A stretch of DNA of 64,000 nt from assembly GCA_963667565.1 (NCBI GenBank), contig OY763415.1, forward strand, positions 1,664,001 through 1,728,000, written 5' to 3'. Numbering within the stretch: the first letter of the stretch is position 1; every line of letters starts with the position of its first letter. The position numbers were made by a program, and so were the translations under genes. This document shows positions 52,241 to 62,093 of the stretch, piece by piece. The notes beneath the pieces were generated by a model, which was given only the letters and a program-made list of their open reading frames with translations, had not been told where the DNA came from and made no database searches. Origin of the DNA: Acholeplasmataceae bacterium. GTDB lineage: Bacteria > Bacillota_I > Bacilli_A > Acholeplasmatales > Acholeplasmataceae.

Positions 52241-53645
52241 AATGTTTAATTCATTTGAGGTAAGATATCACACATTTGAAAAAGTATCATATGATAAATA
52301 CTTGATAGCATCTGTTGTAAAAAACAGTGAGTCGAAAAATGAAGCATTACAATTTATTGATGATCTTACGGGGAAAGGTAGTTTAAATAATCATTTCAAA
52401 AAAATATATGAAGAGATAACATATTTACCCGAAGAAGAATTAATGAAAGTTTTAAAATACTCAGAATATCCAGTACAAAGAATAGATAAATATAAATACA
52501 TATATATTCCGTTATTAGATGTTTCTATTTTTAACCACAAAGTTATTCAAGGAAATATTGCAAATGATGAGATGTTTACTAGATTGTTAGTTAATAAAAA
52601 TGGTACTTATATTGAATCAATATACCATCAATCAGACCCAGTCACAAATAAGGATATATATGAGGTTTTACTAGAAGAAGAATATATCAAAATATTAATT
52701 GAAGATGTTTATTGTGAAATAAACGATAATGATTTTCAAAGAATTGTATATAAAGAAAGTATGGACTTAAGTCTATATAATGGTGAAACTTATACAAATC
52801 TTAAAAACAGCGGGTGGTTTCAATTAACAAATTCAACGTTAAATAATATCTTAAACGCACAAGATTATTATTATGAAAATGGAAATCATTTTGGTATATA
52901 TAATAATTATGTGAGAGAGTCTAAAATCGGATATAGTTGGGGACTTTACTGGATCAATGAAAGCACATTTTACTATGATAGCCCTAAAAATAATGAGATT
53001 TGTGAAAAAGTAGCTCATGTATTGTTAGAATCTGGTAGAATTAATGAGTTTAAGACCAAATCAATGATTAATATCATTAATAACACAAATAGAGATTTAC
53101 AACAAAGACTAATTAATTATATCCTTCAAAGAAAAAACTCTAAAGAACTAGCACTAATAGCGTTTATTTTAATTGATAAAGGATATGAGAAAGGCTGGGA
53201 TTTAGAAGTTACTAACACGTTGTACCGATTTAAAGAAAGTGATAAACATTTAGTTGCTTTATACAAAGTTAATGCTTATATGAATTACACTATTGAAGAG
53301 ATATTAAAAATTTATAAGTATAACAAAAAAATCCTAAACGATACCGATTTGAAGAAAGTTCATGAATATGAGAACAGTATACTTCAAATACGAGACAGTA
53401 TTAAAATCAAAATTGGCGATATTATGTCTTCCACCACAAGAGAAGATATTAAAAGTATGAAATTAAATGAAAATAATATTAAATTAAAAAAAATGATTAA
53501 CGAAAAAATTGCACATAACAAAAAAGATATCCAAAAGATGGATTTGGAACAATTAAAGCAATATGCTGAAACAGTGGATCAAATGCATAAATTATATCTT
53601 AAAGTAAATCATGAATTACAAAATTCAAAAGAGAATGAAAATTAA
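52209..53645 (+). CDS. Hypothetical protein coupled to the SF1 helicase
   Basis: 478-aa ORF overlapping the helicase end; RBS AGGGGG. Confidence 0.7.
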   Translation: MKVTVNLNLPKMFNSFEVRYHTFEKVSYDKYLIASVVKNSESKNEALQFIDDLTGKGSLNNHFKKIYEEITYLPEEELMKVLKYSEYPVQRIDKYKYIYIPLLDVSIFNHKVIQGNIANDEMFTRLLVNKNGTYIESIYHQSDPVTNKDIYEVLLEEEYIKILIEDVYCEINDNDFQRIVYKESMDLSLYNGETYTNLKNSGWFQLTNSTLNNILNAQDYYYENGNHFGIYNNYVRESKIGYSWGLYWINESTFYYDSPKNNEICEKVAHVLLESGRINEFKTKSMINIINNTNRDLQQRLINYILQRKNSKELALIAFILIDKGYEKGWDLEVTNTLYRFKESDKHLVALYKVNAYMNYTIEEILKIYKYNKKILNDTDLKKVHEYENSILQIRDSIKIKIGDIMSSTTREDIKSMKLNENNIKLKKMINEKIAHNKKDIQKMDLEQLKQYAETVDQMHKLYLKVNHELQNSKENEN

Positions 53646-53742
53646 TTGACTTTTTACCTTCTTTCATATAAAGTATGTAAGGTGCTATTAATATAATATT
53701 AATAAATGGTATTAAATACATATAAAAAGAAGGTATATTTTC

Positions 53743-55362
53743 ATGATTGCAGTATCAAACTTAAGTTTAGTCTTTTCAGATAAAAAATTATTTGAAGATG
53801 TCAATTTAAAATTTACTCAAGGTAATTGCTATGGCGTTATTGGTGCCAATGGTGCTGGTAAATCCACATTTCTAAAACTTTTATCTGGAGAAAGAGAACC
53901 ATCAAGCGGTAATGTCATTATTGATAAAGGAAAAAGACTTGCAGTCTTAAACCAAAATCAAAATGCTTTTGATGATTTTACAGTTCTTCAAACAGTGATG
54001 ATGGGACATAAAGAACTCTTTGAAATCTCTCAAAAGAAAGAAGTCTTATATGCTAAAGAAGACTTTAATGATGAAGATGGATTAGAACTTGCAGAACTTG
54101 AAGGTAGATTTGCAGAACTTGATGGATGGAATGCAGAATCAGATGCTGAAAAACTTTTAAATGGGTTAAAAGTACCCCAAAAAGATTTTCATAAACTGAT
54201 GGGTGATGTTTTACCTAAAAATAAAGTCAAAGCACTTCTTGCTCAAGCGTTATTTGGTAATCCTGATATTCTGCTTTTAGATGAACCAACCAATAATTTA
54301 GATTTTGAAGCCATTGGATGGCTTGAAAACTTTTTAATGGATTATGAGAATACTGTCATCACAGTATCTCATGATCGTCATTTCTTAAATAAAGTATGTA
54401 CACACATGGTTGATATTGATTACTTCCAAGCAAAACTATACACAGGAAACTACGATTTTTGGAGAGAGTCCTCTGAACTTGTTCAAAAGCTTATGGCTGA
54501 TAAAAACAAGAAGAAAGAAGAACGCATTGAAGAATTAAAAGCCTTTATCGCAAGATTTTCGGCAAATCTTTCAAAATCATCTCAAGCAACCTCTAGAAAA
54601 AAAGCATTGGAAAAAATCGAATTAGACGAAATCATCCCATCATCAAGAAAATATCCATATATTGGATTTGAAATTGATAAGTCTTTAGGTAGAGATGTCT
54701 TAGAAGTAGAAGACCTATCTTATACACAAGATGGTAAGAAATTATTTGAACATGTCTCATTTATCATTCATAATGGCGATAAGGTTGCTTTAATGGGTGA
54801 AAATGACTTAGCAAAAACAGCATTACTAAAAATCCTAGCAGGTGAACTAAAACCAGATACTGGTAAAATCACATGGGGTCAAACAGCAACCTATGCTTAT
54901 CTTCCAAATGAAAATGAAAAATACTTTGATAAAAAGAATTTAAATCTTGTTGATTGGCTTCGCCAATTTTCAACAGATCCTGCAGAAGCATATGTACGCA
55001 CCTTTTTAGGGCGTATGCTCTTCTCTGGAGATTCAGCTTTAAAAGAAGTCAAAGTCTTATCAGGTGGAGAAAAAATGCGTTTGATGTACTCTAAGATGAT
55101 GATGGCTAAAGCCAACACCCTCTTAGTGGATTCACCTACCATCCATTTAGATCTTGAATCCATTCAAGCAGTTAACAAAGGATTAGAAGAATTTAAAGGC
55201 TCATGTATCGTCGCATCTCATGATCATGACTTATTAGAGACAGTATGTAATAAAGTCATTGAAATCGGCGATTTAGGGGCTTATAGCTATGAAGGCGACT
55301 TTGATGAATTCATTACTAATCAAGATATCAAATCAAAAATTGAAGCTTTATATAAAGCATAA
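53743..55362 (+). CDS. ABC-F family ATPase (YbiT/YkpA-like)
   Basis: Two ABC domains and no TM; GANGAGKST, LDEPTN and YTGNY motifs; linker SANLSKSSQATSRKK. Confidence 0.9.
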   Translation: MIAVSNLSLVFSDKKLFEDVNLKFTQGNCYGVIGANGAGKSTFLKLLSGEREPSSGNVIIDKGKRLAVLNQNQNAFDDFTVLQTVMMGHKELFEISQKKEVLYAKEDFNDEDGLELAELEGRFAELDGWNAESDAEKLLNGLKVPQKDFHKLMGDVLPKNKVKALLAQALFGNPDILLLDEPTNNLDFEAIGWLENFLMDYENTVITVSHDRHFLNKVCTHMVDIDYFQAKLYTGNYDFWRESSELVQKLMADKNKKKEERIEELKAFIARFSANLSKSSQATSRKKALEKIELDEIIPSSRKYPYIGFEIDKSLGRDVLEVEDLSYTQDGKKLFEHVSFIIHNGDKVALMGENDLAKTALLKILAGELKPDTGKITWGQTATYAYLPNENEKYFDKKNLNLVDWLRQFSTDPAEAYVRTFLGRMLFSGDSALKEVKVLSGGEKMRLMYSKMMMAKANTLLVDSPTIHLDLESIQAVNKGLEEFKGSCIVASHDHDLLETVCNKVIEIGDLGAYSYEGDFDEFITNQDIKSKIEALYKA

Positions 55363-55379
55363 TACATAAGTATTAATAT

Positions 55380-55415
55380 AAGATGTTCATATCCTCGTAT
55401 ATGAACATCTTTTTT
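55380..55415. terminator. Terminator between convergent genes
   Basis: AAGATGTTCATAT-CCTCGT-ATATGAACATCTT-TTTT. Confidence 0.8.
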
Positions 55416-56016
55416 ATAGAGTGAAAGAATCCGCGTTTTTATACTTATAAAATGTGCTTTTACACATTTTAAGTTTCTTTAAAGCTAAGGATAAAGATAA
55501 CTCGTTGTGATCATATTTATCCAAAATCTGATTAAAATTTTCAGGCAAGATATACTTGGGTCTTCCAAGATGCTTGCCTTTTTCTTTTGCAATTCTAATA
55601 CCCTCTGCTTGTCTTTGCTTTATATTTTGTCTTTCATTTTCAGCAACAAAACTTAAAACTTGTAAAACAATATCACTAATAAACCTTCCAACTAAATTTT
55701 CTGGTTGAACGCGTGTATCTAAAAGGGGCATATCAAGAACTAAAATATCAGCATTGATATGTTTAGTGATATGCCCCCATTCTTCAATAATCATTTCGTA
55801 ATTACGACCTAACCTGTCAATACTTTTAATAATTAGTAAGTCTTTAGATTTTAGTTTTGATATTAACTTTTGATAGTTTTCTCTATTAAAATCTTTTCCA
55901 CTTTGTTTGTCAATATAAATATTTTTTCTTTTAATGTCAAGTTTTTCAATTTCATCTAGTTGACGATCAATAGATTGAGTCACACTTGATACTCTAATAT
56001 ACGCATATGTTGTCAT
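55414..56016 (-). CDS. Small serine recombinase (resolvase/invertase)
   Basis: YAYIRVSS..Q...RQ, DKQSGK..NR, SIDRLGRN, GKHLGRP and C-terminal HTH; RBS AGGAGG. Confidence 0.93.
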   Translation of the reverse strand: MTTYAYIRVSSVTQSIDRQLDEIEKLDIKRKNIYIDKQSGKDFNRENYQKLISKLKSKDLLIIKSIDRLGRNYEMIIEEWGHITKHINADILVLDMPLLDTRVQPENLVGRFISDIVLQVLSFVAENERQNIKQRQAEGIRIAKEKGKHLGRPKYILPENFNQILDKYDHNELSLSLALKKLKMCKSTFYKYKNADSFTL

Positions 56017-56109
56017 ATGTTCCTCCTGCGATAGATGTATTCAAATGTGATTTTATCATATAGTTCAGAAAAGTAGAGAATATATATATAGATATATAAA
56101 TAAAAAAAT

Positions 56110-56268
56110 ACTTCAAGTTCCATAAAGGTACACTTTTAAGGAATATCGGTTTTTAAAGATAAAGACTATATTTTAGTTAAATTGTTGATATTTATTGATC
56201 AAATCTCTTAAAAATGATACGATCTATATATAAAACTTCAAGTTGATAAAGGTGTACCTTTAAGGAAT
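56110..56268. repeat. Two related ~35-bp quasi-palindromic repeats, probable res subsites
   Basis: ACTTCAAGTTCCATAAAGGTACACTTTTAAGGAAT (56110-56144) and ACTTCAAGTTGATAAAGGTGTACCTTTAAGGAAT (56235-56268). Confidence 0.7.
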
Positions 56269-56293
56269 GTTTTTATTAACAGAAAGAGGCAAC

Positions 56294-57127
56294 ATGCTTA
56301 CACCGGTTATAAAATGGGTTGGAGGGAAAAGACAATTACTTGATGAGATCAAAAAACGCATGCCTAAACAGTACAATAGATATTTTGAACCATTTGTTGG
56401 TGGCGGAGCATTGTTTTTAGAACTTTCCCCAAAAGAAGCGCATATTAACGATATTAATCATGATTTATATGCAATTTATAAATCTTTACAGGATGAAGAA
56501 CTATTCAAAGATCTATTATTAAGATTAGATCGGCACCAAAAAAATCATTCAGAAGAATATTATTATAAAGTTAGAGAACAAGATAGAAAAGAAAAATATG
56601 AACATACATCATTAAGTGAAAAAGCAGCTAGAGCTATTTACTTAAATAAAGCAGGATATAACGGATTATATCGTGTGAATCAAAGAGGATACTTTAATGT
56701 GCCATCAGGTCATTACACAAAAGTGAATCTATATGATGAAATAAATATAAACAGTGTTCATGAATACATGAAGCAAAATAAAATATTGATCACAAATAAC
56801 TCTTATGAAAAAACGGTTGAAAATGCACAACAAGAAGATTTCATATATTTTGATCCACCATATGATAAATTGGAAAATAAAGCTTCATTTACAGCATATT
56901 CAAAAAATGATTTTAATAGAGATGATCAAATAAAATTATTTAATACATTTAAAGAATTGTCTGATAAAGGCATTTATGTAATGTTAAGCAATCATAACAC
57001 GGAATTTATTAGAGACTTATACAAAGATTTTAATATTCATGTTGTGTCAGCAACCCGCATGGTGAACTCTAATGCCCAAAAAAGAGGCCCTATTGAAGAA
57101 GTGATTATTACTAATTATGAGAACTAA
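56294..57127 (+). CDS. dpnM: Dam-family adenine methyltransferase (DpnM-like)
   Basis: KWVGGKRQL, EPFVGGGA, YNGLYRVN..G.FNVP and DPPY motifs. Confidence 0.9.
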   Translation: MLTPVIKWVGGKRQLLDEIKKRMPKQYNRYFEPFVGGGALFLELSPKEAHINDINHDLYAIYKSLQDEELFKDLLLRLDRHQKNHSEEYYYKVREQDRKEKYEHTSLSEKAARAIYLNKAGYNGLYRVNQRGYFNVPSGHYTKVNLYDEININSVHEYMKQNKILITNNSYEKTVENAQQEDFIYFDPPYDKLENKASFTAYSKNDFNRDDQIKLFNTFKELSDKGIYVMLSNHNTEFIRDLYKDFNIHVVSATRMVNSNAQKRGPIEEVIITNYEN

Positions 57128-57887
57128 ATACTATCAAGATTTAGATTTTACATTGTTATTAGGTGATGTGAATGAAACTCTAAAATCTATTAGAAAACAA
57201 AGTATTGATATGATCTTTGCTGATCCCCCATATTTTTTATCTAATGATGGTATTACATGTCAATCTGGACAAATGGTATCTGTTAATAAGGCTTCTTGGG
57301 ATCAAACAAATATGACAATTCAGGATAAACTTAAATTTAATAGAAAATGGATTAAAAGTTGTAAACGTGTATTAAAAGACACAGGTACGATATTTATATC
57401 AGGAACACTTCATAATATCTATATTGTTGGTGTCGCATTAGAACTTGAAGGATTTCAAATCATTAACAATATTACATGGCAAAAGAAAAATCCTCCACCC
57501 CATCTTGCAAGAAAAGCTTTTACACACTCAACAGAAACCATTTTATGGGCTAGAAAGAAAAGTCAAAAATACTATTTTAATTATGATTTAATGAAATCAA
57601 TGAACGAAAATAAACAAATGAAAGATGTATGGCAATATGCTATTACTAAGCAAAGCGAGAAGATATGTGGAAAGCACCCAACACAAAAACCATTAGATTT
57701 GTTAAAAAGAATAGTGCTTGCTTCAACAAAAGAAAATGATTTGGTATTAGACCCATTTAATGGTAGCGGAACGACTGGTATTGCATCAACTCTATTAAAT
57801 AGGAAATATATAGGTATAGATATTGAACAAAAATATTTAGATGTGTCAATTTGTAGATATAAAGGGATAAAGGGGGAACAAAAATGA
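57117..57887 (+). CDS. dpnA: Beta-class adenine methyltransferase (DpnA-like)
   Basis: FADPPYFLSNDGIT, HPTQKP and LDPFNGSGTT motifs. Confidence 0.88.
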   Translation: MRTKYYQDLDFTLLLGDVNETLKSIRKQSIDMIFADPPYFLSNDGITCQSGQMVSVNKASWDQTNMTIQDKLKFNRKWIKSCKRVLKDTGTIFISGTLHNIYIVGVALELEGFQIINNITWQKKNPPPHLARKAFTHSTETILWARKKSQKYYFNYDLMKSMNENKQMKDVWQYAITKQSEKICGKHPTQKPLDLLKRIVLASTKENDLVLDPFNGSGTTGIASTLLNRKYIGIDIEQKYLDVSICRYKGIKGEQK

Positions 57888-58735
57888 TTAAAAGATCTTT
57901 TGAAGAAATGTTAAGCACACTAAAATCAAGCATTACACCTTATGATTTTTTTGTTGATTTTAATAAAGTATTTAAGAATGTTAAAGAATTAGAGATATTA
58001 TTAAATAGTATGAATTATTTGTTAGGTAAAGAAGATTTTGATCAAGCTTTCAAAGATCTATTTGAACAAAATTCAAATATTTATAAAGCAATTCCTATTC
58101 TATTAGCAACAAGAGAAAACAAAATTGAAATCTTAGAAGATAAATTAGTCATTTATGATTTTATGCATGCTCAATCTGTTGATGATTATTTAATGTTCAT
58201 TAAAAATACTAATCTCATAAAATTATTTACTAAAGATGGTGTAAAAAATTTAGTGGATTATGTTATAGGCGTTGAAGTAGGGCTTGATACGAATTCAAGA
58301 AAAAACAGAACAGGAACACTGATGGAAAATAAGGTGGAGAAGTTTATAAAAGATTCTGTAGTGTTCAAAGATTATATAACACAAGCAAGAATCATTGATA
58401 TTAAAAACAATTTAGGCATCGATCTATCATATTTATTAGATGTTGATCAAAATAAAAGATTTGATTTTGCAGTTAAATCACAAGATAAATTGTTTTTAAT
58501 AGAAACGAATTACTATCGAACAAGTGGATCAAAACTAAATGAAACCGCAAGAAGCTATACTAAATTATCTGAAGATATTAGTAAAATAGATGATGTATAT
58601 TTTATTTGGATAACAGATGGGCAGGGGTGGCTATCAACAAAAAATAATTTTGAAGAAGCATATGATCATATTGATTACCTATTTAATTTATATGATTTAG
58701 AACAAGGCATTTTGAAGGAATTATTTTTTAAGTAG
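57884..58735 (+). CDS. dpnB: DpnII-family type II restriction endonuclease
   Basis: GVEVGLDTNSRKNRTG, KRFDF, IETNYY..GSKLNETARSY and WITDG.GW motifs; third gene of the M-M-R cassette. Confidence 0.9.
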   Translation: MIKRSFEEMLSTLKSSITPYDFFVDFNKVFKNVKELEILLNSMNYLLGKEDFDQAFKDLFEQNSNIYKAIPILLATRENKIEILEDKLVIYDFMHAQSVDDYLMFIKNTNLIKLFTKDGVKNLVDYVIGVEVGLDTNSRKNRTGTLMENKVEKFIKDSVVFKDYITQARIIDIKNNLGIDLSYLLDVDQNKRFDFAVKSQDKLFLIETNYYRTSGSKLNETARSYTKLSEDISKIDDVYFIWITDGQGWLSTKNNFEEAYDHIDYLFNLYDLEQGILKELFFK

Positions 58736-58781
58736 AAAAAAGAAGTTCTCATATGTATAATATATATGAGGATGATCAAAG

Positions 58782-59039
58782 ATGAATAAATTTAATTTGG
58801 CACAATATACCAAAAAAGTTATGAAAGAATTAGAAGTAGAAAATTTATATCCCACACAACTCAATATTTGTTATAAAGTTATTGAATATTATGAAAACAA
58901 TTATGGACAAGTGACAGAAAACAAAGATGAATTCATTAATTATATAGTTAATAAAATATATGAGATTTATATTGATCAAGATGAATCAGAGAGTCTTGAC
59001 CTACTCATAGAAAGTATAATTAAGGAAGAAATAATTTAG
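58782..59039 (+). CDS. Small acidic hypothetical protein
   Basis: 85 aa; RBS GAGG; upstream TATAAT. Confidence 0.55.
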   Translation: MNKFNLAQYTKKVMKELEVENLYPTQLNICYKVIEYYENNYGQVTENKDEFINYIVNKIYEIYIDQDESESLDLLIESIIKEEII

Positions 59040-59054
59040 TAATTAGATTAAAAT

Positions 59055-59097
59055 AAAAAGCAAAAATTATGATTTATATGATAATTTTTGCTTTTTT
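59055..59097 (+). terminator. Intrinsic terminator
   Basis: AAAAAGCAAAAATTAT...ATAATTTTTGCTTTTTT. Confidence 0.75.
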
Positions 59098-59203
59098 ATT
59101 TCTAAAATGAATAAATATTTGACAGTAGATCCAAAAAATGATCTAATTAAAATAAAGGACAACAATGCTGGGGCAATAGAGATATTGAAAGGGAATGAAT
59201 TAG

Positions 59204-61099
59204 ATGAATAATTATTGGGAACTCAATGAAGTTGATGTTAATTTATTGGTAAATGACATTAAAAAGAAAAAGGTAACTATACCTTCTTTTCAAAGGGGCG
59301 TCGTTTGGAATGATAAAAAAAGAGAATTGCTGATTGAATCCATGAAGAATGGTTATCCTTTTGGATCGCTTTTAATTTATGAAGATGAAGATGGTAAGAA
59401 ACAATTAATAGATGGGCTTCAAAGAAGTATGACAATGTATGGATTCTTAACAAATCCCGCATTTTATTTCAATGAAAATGATATTGACCCGAATGTAATT
59501 AGTAAAATTATTGAATTAGCAGGATATCCAGGATCAAAAGAAGAAATTAAGAAAAAATTATATTTAATTATTCAAAATGAAATTAAAATGAAATATCAAA
59601 CAATGTCAGAACTTCAAAATTTGCAAATCTATAGTTTTGCTTCAGCAATTAGTAAAGAGCATCCTATTTTAAAAGGTAAAGAAGAAACTATTATGAAATT
59701 AATAGAGCCATTTTTGCTAAATTTTAAAGAAAAATGCGGAAAGCTGTCATTTACTAAAATACCAGCAATTATATTTCATGGAGATGCGCAAGCATTACCA
59801 ATCATTTTTGAGCGAATTAATAAAGAGGGAGTTAAGCTTAATAAATATCAAATATATGCTGCATCTTGGACAAATAGCATTAGATTCAAAATAGATAATG
59901 TCAAACTAAAGAAAATATTAAATTATGTAGCAGAAAGATACGATGCTTTAGGAAAATTAGAAGGGCTTAATAGTATTATTTATGTTGATGACTATAATTC
60001 ATCTGATTTTAAAAACAAAGGAGAAGTCAACACTTTTGAATTAGGATACGGTTTTGGGAAATTGTTAATTGAAAAGTTTCCAGAATTGTTTAATAGTTCA
60101 AATACAGATAACATGATAGACAGTGTTGGTTTCAATATAATTAATGCTTGTCTTGGACAAAAAAACTCAAAAATGAGTAGATTACATTTAGAATTAAAAA
60201 AATTTGATAATCAAACTATAAATATGTTTTTGGATAAAATTATTGAATGCACTGAACAAGTGAATTCAATTTTAGAACCATTCAGTAAATTTAAAGGAAA
60301 TAAGCGAAGCTCTAAAAAATTCAATATTGCTCATACAGAATTGCAAATAGTATCAATTATTGCTTCTTTAATGTTAATCAAATATGGAAGAATAGAAAAA
60401 AATGAATTTGAAGATTTGTTTGTAATAAACTATAGTTTTGAACAATCTAATACTGAATGGAAAGAAATAAATAAGGACTTCAAGCAAAATGTAAGAATCT
60501 ACTATTTGCTTGATATCATTAATCAAAGATGGAAAGGTACGGGAGATAAAACATTAGACAGCATCATATATAATCCAAAATACTATTGTAATCATTATCC
60601 AAAGGAATCATTAGTTACTGATTTAAAATCATGGTATCAACGAGATAAATTAAACAGAAATGAACGAGATAAAATTAAAGAACCTAAAGATTTAGAAAAA
60701 TTGCTTTTAAATGTGGTTTACTTAAATGAATTTAAAGCAATTGATCAACTTGATGAATCTAAATATGATATAGAACATTTGTGCCCTAAAGAATTAATGA
60801 AAAATAAATTAAAACACTATCCTCATTTATCCTTACCTCTTAGTTCCATAGGTAATTTATGTTTGTTACCAGAATATCAAAATAGAGCAAAAAAAGATAA
60901 AACAATTTATGAAGACGCTTCATATAAAAAAACAATTAACGTTAGTGAAGTGGAAAAAAAGTTTGCTTTCACTACAGAAGAAAACATGAATTTTTTATTT
61001 ATGGAAATTAATGCAGAAAAATTCAAAGAAGCATATGAAAAATTTATAGATGAGAGATTTGAAATTATAATTGAAAAAATAGCAAGTGCATTGTATTGA
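59204..61099 (+). CDS. DUF262-DUF1524 (GmrSD-like) modification-dependent restriction protein
   Basis: IPSFQRGVVW, LIDGLQR, FERINKEG; C-terminal IEHLCPK...IGNLCLL..NRAK HNH-type motif. Confidence 0.85.
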   Translation: MNNYWELNEVDVNLLVNDIKKKKVTIPSFQRGVVWNDKKRELLIESMKNGYPFGSLLIYEDEDGKKQLIDGLQRSMTMYGFLTNPAFYFNENDIDPNVISKIIELAGYPGSKEEIKKKLYLIIQNEIKMKYQTMSELQNLQIYSFASAISKEHPILKGKEETIMKLIEPFLLNFKEKCGKLSFTKIPAIIFHGDAQALPIIFERINKEGVKLNKYQIYAASWTNSIRFKIDNVKLKKILNYVAERYDALGKLEGLNSIIYVDDYNSSDFKNKGEVNTFELGYGFGKLLIEKFPELFNSSNTDNMIDSVGFNIINACLGQKNSKMSRLHLELKKFDNQTINMFLDKIIECTEQVNSILEPFSKFKGNKRSSKKFNIAHTELQIVSIIASLMLIKYGRIEKNEFEDLFVINYSFEQSNTEWKEINKDFKQNVRIYYLLDIINQRWKGTGDKTLDSIIYNPKYYCNHYPKESLVTDLKSWYQRDKLNRNERDKIKEPKDLEKLLLNVVYLNEFKAIDQLDESKYDIEHLCPKELMKNKLKHYPHLSLPLSSIGNLCLLPEYQNRAKKDKTIYEDASYKKTINVSEVEKKFAFTTEENMNFLFMEINAEKFKEAYEKFIDERFEIIIEKIASALY

Positions 61100-61115
61100 A
61101 AGAGGAGGTATAAAA

Positions 61116-61901
61116 ATGATTGAAATAATTAAGAATCCTACATACTCTTTTTTCTTTTCACAAATTGAAGCAACTAAAAAAGAGTTAATTATAATCACAC
61201 CGGATATTGATGGAGATATACTAGAACATATACTTGCACGAAAAAATGAAAATGTATTTATTTCTTTGATTACATCACAAAATGTTGCTAAATATCTATT
61301 TAAAAAAACTAATCTTAATATATTAAATACATTGATTGATAGGCATCACAAAATCTACAACTATCAAAATTTAAATGCCAACATATACATATTTGATCAA
61401 AAATTAGTATGGATCACGTCAAGTGATTTGACACAAGGTGGATTAGTAACTAATTTTGAATATGGTATATTATCATCAGAAGAAAATATTTTAAAAGAAG
61501 TTATAGTCGATTACAAATATATTATTGATGATGAGTCTTGTGGAAAAATAAAAAAAGAGCATATTAAATTTATCCAACAACAAATTGAAACTTTTGATGA
61601 TACAGGTGTATCAATTGATCAAACAGGCGACTATCGATTATCAATCAAAAACTATCAAAAAACATCCGATATTTTAAAAGGATGGAACAAACTAATTTTC
61701 GATGCTTTAGAAGAACATATTAAGAAGGATTATTTCAATTTAAATGATGTATATAAACTAGAAATGATATTTGCAATTAATTATCCTGAAAATTACCACA
61801 TCAAAGACAAAATAAGACAAGTATTGCAATATTTAAGAGATTATGGATATATAAAATTTATTGATGATCAAGGTAATTATAAAAAATTATGGACTAAATA
61901 A
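61116..61901 (+). CDS. PLD-fold domain (degenerate HKD) fused to DpnI-type winged-helix (Dam-replacing) domain
   Basis: LNANIYIFD...ITSSDLT..GL..NFEYG PLD pattern; C-terminal YPENYHIKDKIRQVLQYLRD.G.I.F...G.Y matches the DpnI C-terminal domain. Confidence 0.8.
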   Translation: MIEIIKNPTYSFFFSQIEATKKELIIITPDIDGDILEHILARKNENVFISLITSQNVAKYLFKKTNLNILNTLIDRHHKIYNYQNLNANIYIFDQKLVWITSSDLTQGGLVTNFEYGILSSEENILKEVIVDYKYIIDDESCGKIKKEHIKFIQQQIETFDDTGVSIDQTGDYRLSIKNYQKTSDILKGWNKLIFDALEEHIKKDYFNLNDVYKLEMIFAINYPENYHIKDKIRQVLQYLRDYGYIKFIDDQGNYKKLWTK

Positions 61902-61942
61902 TTAGTTTTTAATATTTGATTTCTATTGAAAATAATGTATTA

Positions 61943-62045
61943 TATAATTAAGTTAATAATACAACGAGAATTAGTAAATTAGGGAATGTTTGCACTAAAT
62001 GAGTTGATAATAAAAAGCGACTTTTTATGTGTCGCTTTTTTGTTT
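61943..62045 (+). ncRNA. Repeated promoter-hairpin-terminator element, copy C
   Basis: TATAAT (61943); core AATTAGGGAATGTTTGCACT (61977-61996); terminator AAAAAGCGAC-TTTTTATGT-GTCGCTTTTT-T (62012-62041). Confidence 0.6.
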
Positions 62046-62093
62046 AATTAAATTATTCCAACATCATTAATCAAATATTAAAAAGGAGGATTT

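Noticed and set aside
59185..59203. GGGAATGAATT as a fourth copy of the repeated leader
   Set aside because: It lacks the TGCACT half and the terminator, and is simply the RBS region of the DUF262 gene.
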